In this document: in pieces, positions 62,947 to 64,000 of the stretch
Layout of the letters: each line of letters begins with the position of its first letter
Numbering within the stretch: position 1 is the first letter of the stretch
Translations under genes and position numbers: made by a program
Origin: Thermodesulfobacteriota bacterium
GTDB lineage: Bacteria; Desulfobacterota; Desulfarculia; JACQYL01
Direction of reading: 5' to 3'
Assembly (NCBI GenBank): GCA_963675595.2
Contig: CAXXLZ010000002.1
Coordinates: forward strand, 2,592,001-2,656,000
DNA: 64,000 bases
The notes under the pieces: generated by a model
What the model was told of the DNA's origin: nothing
The model's database searches: none
Seen by the model: only the letters and a program-made list of their open reading frames with translations

Positions 62947-63139
62947 GCAACCCTTTAGGGCCCGTTGGAATGTGCGACTTCTTCCGGGCCCCTTCGACTT
63001 CATTCCGGAGTCCTTCTCACGCAAGTCTATTCTCTTTTCGGCCCACCACCTTTTTCGGTAACTTGGGCATCGGCCTTTCCTTTGATAAGCGTTTTGCTCG
63101 ACGGTCCCTTGAATTCCTCTCGCTGAACGGTTTGCCCAT

Positions 63140-64000
63140 ATGGTCCGCATGACCCCCATGCTTCAGCAGTATCTCGTGATCAAAGCTCAAAATCCTGATG
63201 CGGTGCTCTTCTATCGCATGGGCGACTTTTACGAAATGTTCCTCGAGGACGCGGAACTAGCGGCACCCATTCTCCAGATTGCTCTGACATCACGCAACAA
63301 GAATGATGAGGCGCCTATTCCCATGTGCGGCGTCCCTCATCATTCCGCTGCTGTTTACATCCGCAAGTTGGTCGAAAAAGGATACAAGGTCGCCGTTTGC
63401 GAACAGGTTGAGGACCCTTCGACGGCCAAAGGCGTGGTCAAACGAGAGGTCGTGCGTGTGGTGACTCCGGGAGTACAGACCGAGCCGGAAGCCCTGCGTG
63501 ACGATCAAAGCAACTTCGTTTCCTGCATCTCATTGGTTGGCGATCGCTATGGCCTTGCCTATTTAGATGTTTCCACGGGTGATTTCCGGTCGACTTCCGT
63601 GGGTTCACTGCTCTCCACCTTGGACGAATTCGGCCGGGTCTCCCCTGCCGAGCTGCTGTTGGACGTGGAGTTTGACCCCGGATCCGAAGATCAAGCTTTT
63701 GCCGTCGCTACGTCGAGCGTGGTAGTTACCCGCGTGGGCTTGTCTTCCTTCGACCTCGCCCAAAACGCCGCCCTGCTCCGTAAGAAACTTGCCGTCGAGA
63801 ATCTTGAAGGACTCGGCATAGCGGACAGTCCTGAACAGATTTCAGCAGCCGCCTCCGTTCTCCGCTACGTGATGGAGACTCAAAAGAACGATATCGGTCA
63901 CGTCACCGAACTTCGCACCTATCGGCTGTCCGATGCCATGATTCTGGATGAATCAGCGAAAAGAAATCTCGAACTACTCGAATCCCTCTCTCGCAAGAGC
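63140..64000 (+). CDS. mutS: DNA mismatch repair protein MutS, 5' part (runs off window)
   Basis: MTPMLQQYL.IK...LFYRMGDFYEMF.EDA...IPMCGVPHH...KVAVCEQVED...VVTPG; not listed in the ORF track because no stop falls inside the window. Confidence 0.96.
   Translation, partial: MVRMTPMLQQYLVIKAQNPDAVLFYRMGDFYEMFLEDAELAAPILQIALTSRNKNDEAPIPMCGVPHHSAAVYIRKLVEKGYKVAVCEQVEDPSTAKGVVKREVVRVVTPGVQTEPEALRDDQSNFVSCISLVGDRYGLAYLDVSTGDFRSTSVGSLLSTLDEFGRVSPAELLLDVEFDPGSEDQAFAVATSSVVVTRVGLSSFDLAQNAALLRKKLAVENLEGLGIADSPEQISAAASVLRYVMETQKNDIGHVTELRTYRLSDAMILDESAKRNLELLESLSRKS

Overview
About 58% GC chromosomal window from what looks like an anaerobic Desulfobacterota (deltaproteobacterial) genome. This is inferred from several sigma54 activators, CooC/DUF3786, a core methionine synthase and DsrE. 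The left half is accessory/envelope DNA. It holds the tail of an NtrC-type activator followed by a candidate sigma54-dependent sRNA, a stand-alone giant (956 aa) flagellin with a sigma28 promoter and long GGA-rich leader, a sensor kinase/NtrC pair, and a TonB-dependent receptor plus a HEAT/DxxGxDxY-repeat protein. It also holds a 14.4 kb five-gene minus-strand operon: AsmA/YdbH-like protein, DUF1318 lipoprotein, 2853-aa lipoprotein with TolB-like propeller, TPRs, pseudo-CHAT and intact CHAT protease, SH3 protein, and M48 peptidase. That operon is my best candidate for an undescribed system, an envelope-localised caspase-like protease machine. The right half is mostly housekeeping (cooC, clpB, ddl, ppiD, DnaJ-class chaperone, ppx, guaB, guaA, dnaE, HIT, lapA, partial mutS) with two intact IS elements. 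One is an IS110 whose bridge-RNA target and donor guides, CT core and circle-junction promoter can be read directly from the sequence. The other is an IS701-like element with 13-bp TIRs and a 9-bp target duplication. No rRNA, tRNA or CRISPR array was seen. All family calls come from motif recognition by eye; no database searches were run.
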